Of a DNA stretch of 64,000 nt, positions 18,992-29,024 are shown in pieces; the stretch's first letter is position 1, and each line of letters opens with the position of its first letter. The translations under genes and the position numbers were made by a program. Below the pieces are notes generated by a model, which did not search any database, was not told the origin of the DNA, and worked only from the letters and a program-made list of their open reading frames with translations. Source of the stretch: Chlamydiales bacterium (GTDB lineage Bacteria > Chlamydiota > Chlamydiia > Chlamydiales > SM23-39); assembly GCA_965261025.1 (NCBI GenBank), contig OZ253438.1, forward strand, positions 9,229 to 73,228, read 5' to 3'.

Positions 18992-21118
18992 TTAAGAAAG
19001 CTGTATTCTTCCCAAAGGTTGAATTCGAATCTCGGGAACAATTTCTTTATAAGAAACGACGGGGAGGTCAGGGAACTCTCCTTCAATCAGTTTTTTGGCA
19101 AAACGTCTTACATCCACCTCCGTAATTAAAACAGGCGGTTGTCCCCCTTTAGGAGTTGGGGTAATAGTGTTTCTCATGGCATGCAAGATAAGCTGTACAG
19201 AGTCAGGATCTAAAGCAAGATAAGAACCCCCAGAAGTTTGTTTAATAGCTCCTCGAATCATATCTTCAATTTCAGGATCTAAAATGTAGACAGAAAGGAT
19301 GCTTTTCCCTTGAGAATACTTATAGGAGATGTATCTTTTTAAAGAAGAACGAATATATTCTGTAAGCAAGACCGTATCTTTTTCCATTTGAGCCCATTCT
19401 CCTAAGGACTCTAAAATGGTTCGTAAGTCTTTTATAGAAATCTGCTCTTGAACAAGCCTTTTAAAGATCTCTGTAAGCTTTTGCATGGGAACTAGGCGGG
19501 TGATTTCTTTGATAAGCTCAGGGAAAGATTTTTCCATAAACTCTATAATGGCTCTTACTTCCTGGAGGCCTAAAAATTCTGCCGCGTATTGTCTATAAAA
19601 TTTCGAAAGGTGCAAAATGATCACTTCCAGAGGAGTCCAAAATTTGATCTCTGCTTGGGTTAAAAGATCTCTATGACGCTCTTCTACCCAAAGGGAGGGA
19701 AATCCTGCTATATTTTCTTTTTTTTCAAAAGGGATTTGATACCTTTGCAAAAGCTCTTCTGTTTCCGCTACTAAAAGGAAGTTTTTTATGATCTTTCCTC
19801 TCGTTATAGGTACCTCATTTAAATGAATAGCATACTCATTTTCTTGTAAACTGGGAGAATCTGTTCTCACATGAACCCCCGGAAAGCGCATTCCGAGATC
19901 TAAATATAAAGCATGTCTCATCTTCGGGATCATCTGGTCGATAAAGGTCATTCCATTTCTATCTTTTTTTATCAAAGAAGAAAGGGCTTTTCCCACTTCC
20001 AAAATCACAGGGAGCGTGAGGGAGTACTCTTCCTTTCCTCCAGGCAATACAGCATGTCCTTCTACCCCTGTTTCTATAGCTCCCATCCCTACCAAGGATT
20101 TTGTGGCAGCTTGTTTTCTACTATACCAGATTACAAATCCTGCAATTCCTACTAAAACAGCCAGTAGAAGAAAGGGAGTCGCAGGAAATCCGGGAACAAA
20201 AGCCATCAATACTAAAACAGCTCCTGCTATCATCAAGGCTTTGGGCTGCTTTAAAATTTGCTCTGAAATTTCTTTTCCTAAATTAGAGTCCTTTTTTTCA
20301 CTAGAAACCCTAGTAGTTACAATACCTGCTGTAATTGCTATCATGATGGAAGGGATTTGGGAAACAAGGCCGTCTCCAATAGAAAGAAGAGAGAAAACCT
20401 TGGCAGCTTGTCCCAAGGACATACCCATCATAGAGACGCCAATAATGAGTCCCCCTATAATATTGACAAGAGCGATCACAATACTTGCAATAGCATCTCC
20501 CTTGACAAATTTCATCGCTCCATCCATAGCACCATAGAGCTGACTCTCTTTTGTCAAGGCTAAACGAAGCTCTCTGGCTTGATGCGTATCAATGACGCCT
20601 GCTCGAAGATCTGCATCGATACTCATCTGCTTTCCAGGCATGGCATCTAGGGTAAATCTAGCCGCTACTTCCGCTACCCTTTCTGCTCCTTTTGTAACTA
20701 CGATAAATTGAACAATGACAATAATTAAAAAGACAACGGCTCCTACTACGTAATTTCCCCCTACTACGAAGTTCCCAAAGGAAAAAATGATTTTTCCCGC
20801 ATTAGCGTGGAGTAAGATTTGTCTAGTCGAAGATATGTTCACCCCTAATCGGTACAGGGTAGTAAGTAACAAAAGGGAGGGAAAAACAGTTAATTGAACG
20901 GCTTTTTGGATATAAAGTCCCACGAAGATGATGGATATGGAAGCCATTAAATTGACTGCAATTAAAAGATCAATAACATGGGGAGATACAGGAAAAATCA
21001 ACATCATTAAGATGCTGATAATTACAAAGGCGAGCACAATATCACTCGATCCAGCAATCGTGCGAAGGGCTCTACTTCCTCCTAAAAAGCGGGCCAGGTT
21101 TTGAAAAAAGGTATTCAT
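18992..21118 (-). CDS. sctV: type III secretion export apparatus protein SctV (CdsV/LcrD, FlhA family)
   Basis: 708 aa with an N-terminal polytopic domain carrying FlhA/LcrD family motifs (KGAERVAEVAARFTLDAMPGKQMSIDADL) and a large cytoplasmic C-terminal domain. Confidence 0.95.
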   Translation of the reverse strand: MNTFFQNLARFLGGSRALRTIAGSSDIVLAFVIISILMMLIFPVSPHVIDLLIAVNLMASISIIFVGLYIQKAVQLTVFPSLLLLTTLYRLGVNISSTRQILLHANAGKIIFSFGNFVVGGNYVVGAVVFLIIVIVQFIVVTKGAERVAEVAARFTLDAMPGKQMSIDADLRAGVIDTHQARELRLALTKESQLYGAMDGAMKFVKGDAIASIVIALVNIIGGLIIGVSMMGMSLGQAAKVFSLLSIGDGLVSQIPSIMIAITAGIVTTRVSSEKKDSNLGKEISEQILKQPKALMIAGAVLVLMAFVPGFPATPFLLLAVLVGIAGFVIWYSRKQAATKSLVGMGAIETGVEGHAVLPGGKEEYSLTLPVILEVGKALSSLIKKDRNGMTFIDQMIPKMRHALYLDLGMRFPGVHVRTDSPSLQENEYAIHLNEVPITRGKIIKNFLLVAETEELLQRYQIPFEKKENIAGFPSLWVEERHRDLLTQAEIKFWTPLEVIILHLSKFYRQYAAEFLGLQEVRAIIEFMEKSFPELIKEITRLVPMQKLTEIFKRLVQEQISIKDLRTILESLGEWAQMEKDTVLLTEYIRSSLKRYISYKYSQGKSILSVYILDPEIEDMIRGAIKQTSGGSYLALDPDSVQLILHAMRNTITPTPKGGQPPVLITEVDVRRFAKKLIEGEFPDLPVVSYKEIVPEIRIQPLGRIQLS

Positions 21119-22185
21119 TGAAAGATCTCCAAATTCACGTCTTTATCTTCTTCTAAAGTTTTTACCCATTTTAAAATCTCTGCAACAGCTTCATAAGTGT
21201 CCTCAGGAATATACTCAGAAATAGTCCCCCTGGCATAAAGATCTCTTGCCAGGGCAGGGTTTCTCATGATAGGTACATTGTATTCTAAAGCAACTTGAAT
21301 AATTTTCTCGGCAATAATTCCCTTTCCCATAGTCAAAATCAAAGGAACGGGATCTTCTTTCTCATATTGAAGGGCAACAGCAATGTGAGTTGGGTTGGTA
21401 ACAATTGCTTTTGCATTTCTTACAGAAGAAGGGCCTGATTGGTAGGCTATCTCTCGGTATTTTTCTCTTCTTTTTCCCTTAATTAAAGGATCTCCTTCTG
21501 TATCTTTAAATTCTTGCTTAATTTCAAATTTTTCCATCATCATCTCTTTATTAAAAGTCTTTCTTTGGAAAAAAAGATCAAAGAGAGCAATTAAGAAGAA
21601 AAAAATTCCCACTCTAATTGAGACTTTTTGCAAAAAGTCCCCCAAAACCATAGCAGATCCAGTGACAGGCATAGCAACGGTTCCTAAAGCGACAGGAAGC
21701 ATAGCTTTGATCGTATAATATATGATGATAGCAGCCCCTAAGATCTTTGCTAAAGATTTTAACAGCTCTACCAGTACCTTTAATTTAAATTTTTGTTTTA
21801 TTCCCTCCACGGGATTTAACTTTTTCAGATTGAATTTCATGGGCTCAAAAGAAAATACAGGTCCAACTATGAGAAAGTTAGTCAAAACCCCTACAAAAAC
21901 TACTACGACTAGAATAGGTAGGCTAACCATCAAAATGATTTCTAAAGAAGCCTTTAAAAGAGAGATAAGACGCATAGGATTATCCCACTGATCTTTGACA
22001 AAACGAAAAGAACTTATAATGAAAGAAGCACAGCTGGTATATATGTAAGTTGCTGAAAATAAAGTAGCTACAATGGACACAATAAAAGTAGCAGCAGAAG
22101 GAAAATCTTGTGATTTTGCTACCTGGCCCTTTTTTCGAGCATCTCGTAACTTCTTGGGTGTTGCTTTTTCGGTTTTTTCTGCCAT
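21115..22185 (-). CDS. sctU: type III secretion switch protein SctU (CdsU/YscU, FlhB family)
   Basis: 356 aa with an MAEKTEKATPKKL N-terminus, 4 TM helices and the NPTH autocleavage motif (VTNPTHIAVAL). Confidence 0.95.
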   Translation of the reverse strand: MAEKTEKATPKKLRDARKKGQVAKSQDFPSAATFIVSIVATLFSATYIYTSCASFIISSFRFVKDQWDNPMRLISLLKASLEIILMVSLPILVVVVFVGVLTNFLIVGPVFSFEPMKFNLKKLNPVEGIKQKFKLKVLVELLKSLAKILGAAIIIYYTIKAMLPVALGTVAMPVTGSAMVLGDFLQKVSIRVGIFFFLIALFDLFFQRKTFNKEMMMEKFEIKQEFKDTEGDPLIKGKRREKYREIAYQSGPSSVRNAKAIVTNPTHIAVALQYEKEDPVPLILTMGKGIIAEKIIQVALEYNVPIMRNPALARDLYARGTISEYIPEDTYEAVAEILKWVKTLEEDKDVNLEIFQ

Positions 22186-22295
22186 ACGTTAGGGGGTTAA
22201 AATAAAAAACCCCTCTTCCCCATAGTTTCGGATGCTCTTTTTTTTGCCAACGGATTTTTCCGGGCAGTTTAAAGTCCTGACTTTAGTAAAAGGCT

Positions 22296-23393
22296 TTATC
22301 CATGAAAGAACAGGATAACATCTCCATCTTGTACCACATAATCTTTTCCTTCCATACGGGCCTTTCCTTTCTCCTTGGCTTGTACTCTTCCTTGCTGCTG
22401 TAAATAATCTTCATAAGAGATCACTTCTGCCCGGATAAATTTATTTTGTAGATCAGTATGAATTTTTCCCGCTGCCTGAGGAGCTTTCGTTCCTTTTTGA
22501 ATAGTCCAAGCTTTGGTTTCTATATCTCCTGTTGTAATAAACGTAATTAAGTTAAGAAGTTCAAAAGCTCTTCGAGTAAGACGAGAGAGTCCCGTTTCTT
22601 TTAGTCCAAGCTCTTGCAGGAAAGGCTCTACTTCTTCTGGTTCTAGCTGGGCTATTTCCTCTTCCAACCTAGCACATACACAGAGAGTATCTGCCTTTTG
22701 TGCTTTTGCATATTCTTTTACTTTCTTTGTATATTCATTCTCTAGAGAGGGTAAATCTTTTTCGGAGACATTCAATATATAAAGAATTTTTTTCTCTGTA
22801 ATAAAAGGATAAATCTTTAAAGATTCTTTCTCTTCTAGAGAAAGGTCAAGGGCACGCAAAGGTTTATTTTGGTTTAAGTGGAGGATTGCTTTTTTTAAGG
22901 TTTCTATAACAGGGACTGTTTCTTTTTTCCCCTTAGCTTGCTTTTCCAGCTTTGCCAAAACATTTTCCCCCATTTGGATATCGGCTAAAATAAGCTCTAG
23001 TTCGATTACTTCTATGTCGGATACGGGATCTATTTTTCCTTGTACGTGGAGGACTTTTTCTTCTTCAAAGCATCTTACTACATGCAATAAGGCATCTGTT
23101 TCTCGAATATGGGATAAAAATTGGTTTCCCAGGCCCTCTCCCTTAGAGGCTCCTTTTACAAGACCTGCTATATCTACAAAGGTAACTAGAGCTGGAACTA
23201 CCTGTTTGCTTTTAGAAATTTTTCCGAGCTTTTCCAGGCGTTCATCAGGGAGGGGAACCACTCCTTCATTGGGTTCTATAGTACAAAAGGGATAGTTTTC
23301 TGCAGAAATTTGATTTTTAGTTAAAGCATTGAACAGAGTCGATTTTCCCACGTTGGGAAGTCCCACGATACCACAAGACAATCCATTCTTCAT
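22296..23393 (-). CDS. ychF: ribosome-binding ATPase YchF
   Basis: GIVGLPNVGKSTLFNALT P-loop and a TGS-like C-terminus. The ATG at 23393 gives the typical ~365 aa, while the track ORF extends to 23480. Confidence 0.92.
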   Translation of the reverse strand: MKNGLSCGIVGLPNVGKSTLFNALTKNQISAENYPFCTIEPNEGVVPLPDERLEKLGKISKSKQVVPALVTFVDIAGLVKGASKGEGLGNQFLSHIRETDALLHVVRCFEEEKVLHVQGKIDPVSDIEVIELELILADIQMGENVLAKLEKQAKGKKETVPVIETLKKAILHLNQNKPLRALDLSLEEKESLKIYPFITEKKILYILNVSEKDLPSLENEYTKKVKEYAKAQKADTLCVCARLEEEIAQLEPEEVEPFLQELGLKETGLSRLTRRAFELLNLITFITTGDIETKAWTIQKGTKAPQAAGKIHTDLQNKFIRAEVISYEDYLQQQGRVQAKEKGKARMEGKDYVVQDGDVILFFHG

Positions 23394-23483
23394 AAATAGC
23401 AGCCCCTTGTCACCCGGGTGAGCATAACAGGTTTTTCCCAAACTTGTAAGAGAAAAAGCATTTTTCCTTGAAAGATCCAAGAT

Positions 23484-24281
23484 TTATTTTATGAAAATAG
23501 GGACGGAAACCTTCTCGTTGAGATTCTTCTTTTTTTGGGGGAAGATCTCTACAGGGTAAGAGATATCTTGAGTACTAGGAAGCTCTATTTGAAGAAGGGA
23601 TTTTTTCAAAATCTTCAGGGGAAAGTTATGTTTGGAGCAGACATAATCCCCTTCAGGAGGAAGGCATAAATCCTTTATAGAAAACAGCTTTTTTTCTCCT
23701 TCAAAAGAGTTTTGGCTATTTAGGTAAAGAGAATACCTTCTTCCTAACAAAGATTCCACAAAAGAGAGGTTTCCTTTTTGTATTTCCTCTCTAATTTTAG
23801 AACTACAAAGAGAAGATCCTTTTTGTGTCTGCAGGGCAAAGTAGGAAGGAGTAAAGGATAGAGAAGGAGCCAAATTTTTAACTGCTTCTTCCGTGCCCTC
23901 TCGGTTTTTCCCAAAAGCGGACCCTTTTCCTAAAAGCAGTTTTTTAAACGGAAAAACAGTGTGAATATTTTTCAGAAAAACAGAAAAAGGAGTGTCCGCA
24001 ATTTTTTTGTCAAAGGGAAGTAAAAAAAGAAAATCAATCTTGTAGCTCTGTAAAAGAGTCAATTTTTGTTCTAAAGAAGAAATAAGAGGAAAGGCTTTTT
24101 TTGAAAAAAAAGAGCGAGGATGATTAGAAAAAGTAACTAAAGCGCTTTTTCCTTTTCCCTTTGAGGCAGATAAATTGTCTAAAAGAAATTTATGTCCCAA
24201 ATGAAGGCCATCAAAAAAGCCGATAGTTAGGCTCTCTGCTTCTGCAATCAGAGGAACTTTTATTGTTTTATACAGGATCAT
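23484..24281 (-). CDS. ribF: FAD synthetase domain protein (RibF-like; C-terminal riboflavin-kinase region looks degenerate)
   Basis: N-terminal IGFFDGLHLGHKFLL nucleotidyltransferase motif. At 265 aa it is short for RibF, and I could not see the GR.LGFPTAN kinase motif after LLGRRY. Confidence 0.7.
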   Translation of the reverse strand: MILYKTIKVPLIAEAESLTIGFFDGLHLGHKFLLDNLSASKGKGKSALVTFSNHPRSFFSKKAFPLISSLEQKLTLLQSYKIDFLFLLPFDKKIADTPFSVFLKNIHTVFPFKKLLLGKGSAFGKNREGTEEAVKNLAPSLSFTPSYFALQTQKGSSLCSSKIREEIQKGNLSFVESLLGRRYSLYLNSQNSFEGEKKLFSIKDLCLPPEGDYVCSKHNFPLKILKKSLLQIELPSTQDISYPVEIFPQKKKNLNEKVSVPIFIK

Positions 24282-24991
24282 ACGTGTAGAAAAGGGAGGG
24301 GATGTGGTTTTTCCGACAGGCTTTTTTGAGAAATAGAATTTTGCAAAAGGTAAGGGCCTATTCTATGCCGAATTAAGTGAAAAAGATGCGCTTTACAACC
24401 TAACTTTTCTCCTAAATCTTGTGCTATAGATCGGATATAAGTTCCTTTAGAGCAGCGAATAAACAATTTTATATAAGGATAGTCATACTGTAGTAGCTGT
24501 GTCTTAACGGTTACCAAAAAAGGTTTTAGAGAAAGAGTAATGTTTTTTCTAGCAAGCTCATAGAGCTTTTTCCCTCCTATTTTTTTTGCAGAATACATAG
24601 GGGGCTTTTGCTGTAGTTCTCCTTGAAAATTCGTTTCTAAAACTTCTTTTATCTCTTCCAACGAAGGAACTTTAGAAGAAGTGGCTACCACTTCTCCTTC
24701 TCTGTCGTACGTATCTGTACTTTTTCCTAAAAAGAGTGTTGCTTCGTAATCTTTATCAAAGTTAATAAAAGAGGAGGCCTTTTGGGTATATTTTCTTCCT
24801 ACTAAAAGAAGCATAAGTCCTTCCGCTAAAGGATCTAACGTCCCTGCATGTCCAATCTTTTTTACCCCTGTTATCTTCCTTAAAAGCTTGACTAAATAAA
24901 AAGAAGAAACCAACGGAGCCTTATCAACTAGCAAAAGGCCTTCTAAAGAAGATTTATTCAGAAGGGGGGTCATCTGAGGGAGTTTTTTCAC
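24278..24991 (-). CDS. truB: tRNA pseudouridine(55) synthase TruB
   Basis: GHAGTLDPLAEGLMLLLVG catalytic-Asp motif, 237 aa. Confidence 0.92.
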   Translation of the reverse strand: MKKLPQMTPLLNKSSLEGLLLVDKAPLVSSFYLVKLLRKITGVKKIGHAGTLDPLAEGLMLLLVGRKYTQKASSFINFDKDYEATLFLGKSTDTYDREGEVVATSSKVPSLEEIKEVLETNFQGELQQKPPMYSAKKIGGKKLYELARKNITLSLKPFLVTVKTQLLQYDYPYIKLFIRCSKGTYIRSIAQDLGEKLGCKAHLFHLIRHRIGPYLLQNSISQKSLSEKPHPLPFLHV

Positions 24992-25331
24992 TATGAATTT
25001 TATGTAAGATTTCTGCGATACGAATGTGTTTGTCCACAGAAGTGTCTAAGTGAAAAGTAAGAGAAGGGAAGTAACGAAGCTCTACCTTTTTTGAGGCTTG
25101 GCAAGAGATAAAGCCTGCTGCCGAATTCAAAGCCTCTATGGTCCCCTGTTTTTCTTCGTCCTTGCCAATTATACTGATAAAAACCTTAGCCTGTCTTAAA
25201 TCTGCTGTAACAGAAACTTGCGTTACGGTAACCAGAGGAGCCACATGAGGATTTTTTACCTCTTTTGTGACTACTTCTGAAATAACCTTTTTCAAAAGAG
25301 AATTTACCTTTTCTACTCGTTTTTTTTTCAT
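24954..25331 (-). CDS. rbfA: ribosome-binding factor A
   Basis: 125 aa with an RbfA-like pattern ([17 protein letters not shown]...[18 protein letters not shown]), located between infB and truB. Confidence 0.88.
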   Translation of the reverse strand: MKKKRVEKVNSLLKKVISEVVTKEVKNPHVAPLVTVTQVSVTADLRQAKVFISIIGKDEEKQGTIEALNSAAGFISCQASKKVELRYFPSLTFHLDTSVDKHIRIAEILHKIHSEKTPSDDPPSE

Positions 25332-27667
25332 TCTAAAGTTTGAATATGATAGATGATTTCATAAGCTTGGATAAGATCGTCCACACGGACTTCATTAAAG
25401 CCTTCCAATAAAATACCGCATTCTGTTCCTTTTTGGACTTCCTTAACGTCTTCTTTTACCCTCTTTAGGGAAGCTATCTTTCCTTTCCAAACTACCTCTT
25501 TTTCTCGAAGAACTCTTACTAGGTGACTTCTATGGATGGTTCCCTCTGTAACTTGACATCCTGCAATGGTTCCCAGTTGAGAAGCTTTAAAAGTAGCTTT
25601 TACTTTGGCCAAGCCCATATCCCTTTCTTCAGGGATTTTATCTAAAAGCTCTACCATCGAGCTTTTTATGTCTTCTACAGCGTGATAAATAACGTCGTGA
25701 AGCTTTACTGATACAGCCTTTTGCTTTTTCAAAGGCTCTGCTCTACTTTCCAAATTGGTATGAAAGCCTAAAATAGTTGCCTTAGAAGCCGCTGCAAGCT
25801 CGACGTCTGATTCAGAGACCTCTCCAATTCCTTCAGAAACTATTTCAATTCTTACTTTTTTCATAGGCAGCTTAAATAAAGACTGTTTCAAAGCTTCTAA
25901 AGAGCCTTGAACATCGGCTTTTAAAATCAGAGGAAGAATCTTTTGAGAGGAGGCTTTCTCTTCTAAAAGACTTTCTAGAGATCCTTTCTTTTTCAAAAGC
26001 TGGGCTTGATGTTTTTTGCCTGCATGTCTAGCTTCCGCTAAGTCTTTTGCCTCTTTTTCCGTGGAAACTACAATAAATTCAGCCCCCGCCTCTACTACAT
26101 TAGAAAGACCTGTAATTTTTACAGGAGTAGAAGGTTCTGCTTCTAATAAAGCATTTCCATGTTCGTCTTGCATTGTTTTTATCCTACCCCAGTGATGTCC
26201 CAATACTAGAGGATCTCCTTTTCTTAAAGTTCCATTTTGAATTAAAACTGTAGCCACAGCACCCATTCCCTTGTGCATTTCTGATTCTAAGACAGAACCT
26301 CTAGCCCTGGCATTTTTATTCGCTTTTAACTCTAATACCTCCGCCTGTAGAGCAATCATCTCTAAAAGCTCGGTAATACCCTTTTTCGTAGTAGCAGAAC
26401 AATTTACCGTGATAGTAGCGCCTCCCCAGGCTTCGGGCAAAAGATCTTGTTCCGCTAGCTGCCGATACACTTTTTGATCATCAAATCCTTCCTTATCTGA
26501 CTTATTGATTGCCACCAAGATCGGAACCTTTGCTTCTTTAGCCTGCTGCATAGCTTCTATAGATTGATCTTTCATTCCCTCATCTCCTGCTACAACCAAA
26601 ACAGCAAGATCGGTAACATGGGCCCCTCTTTCTCTCATCAAAGAAAAGGCTTCGTGACCCGGTGTATCTAAAACCGTAATACTCTCTCCTGAAAGGGACT
26701 TTGCCTTGAAAGCGCCGATGTGTTGCGTAATAGAGCCTGCCTCTTGAGAGACTATGTTACTTTTACGGATAGCATCAATTAAACTAGTTTTGCCATGGTC
26801 AACGTGTCCCATGAAAGTTACTACAGCAGGCCTGTGGGAAAGTAGGTCAGAGGATACTTCAGCAATTTCCTCTGAAATGGTCTTATCAGTAATTCGTAAT
26901 TTTTTTTCTTCAGAGAAATCCACGGAAATTTCGCATCCAAACTCATGACCCAAAAGTTGCGTTGTAGTCTCATCATCTAGGTAATCGTTTAGGGTTAAAA
27001 CAAGTCCTTGCATAAAAAGCTTAGAAATGAGCTGGGATGCTTTTAGCTTCATTTCTTGAGCAAGATCTTTGATGGTAATAGGTAACCGTATTTTTAAAGA
27101 TTTAGGCCGAATAATTTCTTCTTCGGCTACCATCTTCTTAGGAGATTTAAAAGATCTTTTTTTTCGCCACCTCTCGTCTTCTAGATCTCGCAGGCCTTGC
27201 TTATCTCTAGAGTCAAAAGTTTTTACAAAAGTCTTCTTCTTTAAGTTATCCCGAAATACCCCTTTTTTAGGGGGAACTTCCGTCGTCGAAGGTCCCTTCT
27301 TCTTCTTCTTTTCCGAAGTAGTAGAAAGATCTTTTTCTTCTTTTTCCTCTACAGCTGTCTTTTCAACAACTTCTTTTACAGGCTCTTGTTCTTCTTTCAC
27401 AGAAGGGATTTCCAAAGCCGGTTTTTCTTGCGCTACTTCTGAAGATTCTGGCAGAGCGGGCTTTTTTTCTTGCTCTTCTTTTTTAGAAGAAGGAGGAGCC
27501 ACAATACGGGCTTTTGGCTTTTTTGATTCTTCCTTTTTTTCTAATTCTTTGCCTTTCTTAACAGGCCTTTTTAAAGGAGCCTTCTTTTTTTTGTCTAATA
27601 AGGAGTCAATGTTTAAAGCTTGCGCTAACTGACTGTTCTTTATGTTTATTTTCAGATTTTTTACCAA
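25328..27667 (-). CDS. infB: translation initiation factor IF-2
   Basis: 779 aa with the GTPase motifs [18 protein letters not shown] and NKSD, a charged low-complexity N-terminus and a TTG start. Confidence 0.96.
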   Translation of the reverse strand: MVKNLKINIKNSQLAQALNIDSLLDKKKKAPLKRPVKKGKELEKKEESKKPKARIVAPPSSKKEEQEKKPALPESSEVAQEKPALEIPSVKEEQEPVKEVVEKTAVEEKEEKDLSTTSEKKKKKGPSTTEVPPKKGVFRDNLKKKTFVKTFDSRDKQGLRDLEDERWRKKRSFKSPKKMVAEEEIIRPKSLKIRLPITIKDLAQEMKLKASQLISKLFMQGLVLTLNDYLDDETTTQLLGHEFGCEISVDFSEEKKLRITDKTISEEIAEVSSDLLSHRPAVVTFMGHVDHGKTSLIDAIRKSNIVSQEAGSITQHIGAFKAKSLSGESITVLDTPGHEAFSLMRERGAHVTDLAVLVVAGDEGMKDQSIEAMQQAKEAKVPILVAINKSDKEGFDDQKVYRQLAEQDLLPEAWGGATITVNCSATTKKGITELLEMIALQAEVLELKANKNARARGSVLESEMHKGMGAVATVLIQNGTLRKGDPLVLGHHWGRIKTMQDEHGNALLEAEPSTPVKITGLSNVVEAGAEFIVVSTEKEAKDLAEARHAGKKHQAQLLKKKGSLESLLEEKASSQKILPLILKADVQGSLEALKQSLFKLPMKKVRIEIVSEGIGEVSESDVELAAASKATILGFHTNLESRAEPLKKQKAVSVKLHDVIYHAVEDIKSSMVELLDKIPEERDMGLAKVKATFKASQLGTIAGCQVTEGTIHRSHLVRVLREKEVVWKGKIASLKRVKEDVKEVQKGTECGILLEGFNEVRVDDLIQAYEIIYHIQTLE

Positions 27668-27687
27668 AAGAGCACCTCAAGATGGGG

Positions 27688-28962
27688 TTAAGAGAGAGAT
27701 TCATTCTTCAGCTGTTCTAAAATCTTATCAGCCACGTCAAAATAATTAAAGCCAGGAACTTCTTTTGTCAGAACCTGAGGATCACAAAGAGCAATTTTTC
27801 GTATAGTGTCGTATCCCGCTTGAACCAAATTGTCCACAATGAGATAGCTTACTCCCTCGATCTTTAAGGGTTCATCGAGTCTTTCTGAGGTTCCCTCAGA
27901 AAGCTCTGCCATTTGCACTGCTACTAGCTTTTGATATTCGGTAATTTTTTGCACTCCCACTTCCGCATCAATGAGTTGCGCCAAAAGACGGGCATTCATA
28001 CCTCTTTTTCCGATCACAGTAGGGTAGTCCTCGTCATTTACAATCAAGGTAAAAAAGTTATCTTCTACTTTAAGTTTTCTGATCTCAACAGGAGAAAGGG
28101 CATTTTGTAATAAAACAATCCGATCCTCAGAAAAAGGCATTACATCAATCTTTTCGTTATTTAAACCGCGAATTACATTTTTAATACGGGTTCCCCTTAC
28201 TCCTACACAAGTCCCGACGGGATCCACTTTGGAATCATTAGAGCTCAAGGCAATTTTTGTTCTATATCCAGCGTCCCTGACAATTCTTTCTATAACCACA
28301 ATCCCATCACTTAATTCAGGAACTTCTTGCTTGAAAAGCTCTACCACAAAATCAGGATGGCTCCTTGTTAAAATGAGTTCAGCTCCTCCATTATCTGAGT
28401 CTTGAACCTCCCACAAAAGAGCCTGTACCCTTTCTCCTACATGATATTTCTCTGTCCTGGGATAAAATCTTTCTGGTAAAAGCGCTTCTACTTTTCCCAA
28501 ATCGACCACCATGTTACTTCCTCGGAAAAAGCGCTTTACAGAACCCGATATAAGCTCCCCTTTTCTGTGCCTGTACTCCTCATAAATAACATCCCTTTCT
28601 GCGCCTCGGAGTTTTTGCGCAATAACTTGGCGAGCGGTTTGTGCTGCTATTCGTCCGAAGTCTTGCGGAGTGATCAAGATCTCAAGCCACTGACCCACTT
28701 CACAGTCAGGGGCCATTTCTAAAGCCGCTTCTAGGGAAATTTCCTCTTGAGGGTCTTCCACTTCGGCTACAATTTTTTTCTGGGTAACTACTTCGATGTC
28801 TCCCGTTTTAGGATGGATTTGCACATCGATGTTTCCCACGCCTTTTACACTTTTTCTTGCTGCTGCTCGAAGAGATTCCTCTATTGCTTGGATGATGATT
28901 TCCCTTTTTATCCCTTTTTCTCGCTCTAGGTATTCAAAAATAGCTACTAAATCTTTATTCAT
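27688..28962 (-). CDS. nusA: transcription termination/antitermination factor NusA
   Basis: 424 aa with the N-terminal NusA domain, S1 and KH motifs (GTCVGVRGTRIKNV). Confidence 0.95.
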   Translation of the reverse strand: MNKDLVAIFEYLEREKGIKREIIIQAIEESLRAAARKSVKGVGNIDVQIHPKTGDIEVVTQKKIVAEVEDPQEEISLEAALEMAPDCEVGQWLEILITPQDFGRIAAQTARQVIAQKLRGAERDVIYEEYRHRKGELISGSVKRFFRGSNMVVDLGKVEALLPERFYPRTEKYHVGERVQALLWEVQDSDNGGAELILTRSHPDFVVELFKQEVPELSDGIVVIERIVRDAGYRTKIALSSNDSKVDPVGTCVGVRGTRIKNVIRGLNNEKIDVMPFSEDRIVLLQNALSPVEIRKLKVEDNFFTLIVNDEDYPTVIGKRGMNARLLAQLIDAEVGVQKITEYQKLVAVQMAELSEGTSERLDEPLKIEGVSYLIVDNLVQAGYDTIRKIALCDPQVLTKEVPGFNYFDVADKILEQLKNESLS

Positions 28963-28991
28963 CTCTTTTTGCCTTTTATAACGATGGTTGT

Positions 28992-29023
28992 AAAAAAGAA
29001 GGGCTCTACCTAATAAGAAAGCC
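28992..29023 (-). terminator. possible intrinsic terminator after rpsA
   Basis: On the minus strand, GGCTTT-10 nt loop-AGAGCC (one G.U pair) is followed by CTTCTTTTTT, immediately after the rpsA stop. The stem is weak. Confidence 0.3.
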
Positions 29024-29024
29024 T

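Noticed and set aside
20016-20537. 173-aa ORF (plus several 60-80-aa ORFs) antisense to sctV
   Set aside because: It lies entirely inside, and antisense to, a confidently identified FlhA/LcrD-family gene. The translation is low-complexity (P/I/A-rich) with no motif. This is a typical shadow ORF.
22186-22295. Hairpin GGGGTT-AAAATAAA-AACCCC between ychF and sctU, considered as a terminator
   Set aside because: No U-run follows it on the transcribed (minus) strand. It may still be an RNA structure, but I cannot call it an intrinsic terminator.
27069-27632. 187-aa ORF antisense to the infB 5' region
   Set aside because: It is the mirror of the K/E-rich low-complexity N-terminus of IF-2, which gives an F/S-rich translation. 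There is no independent support.
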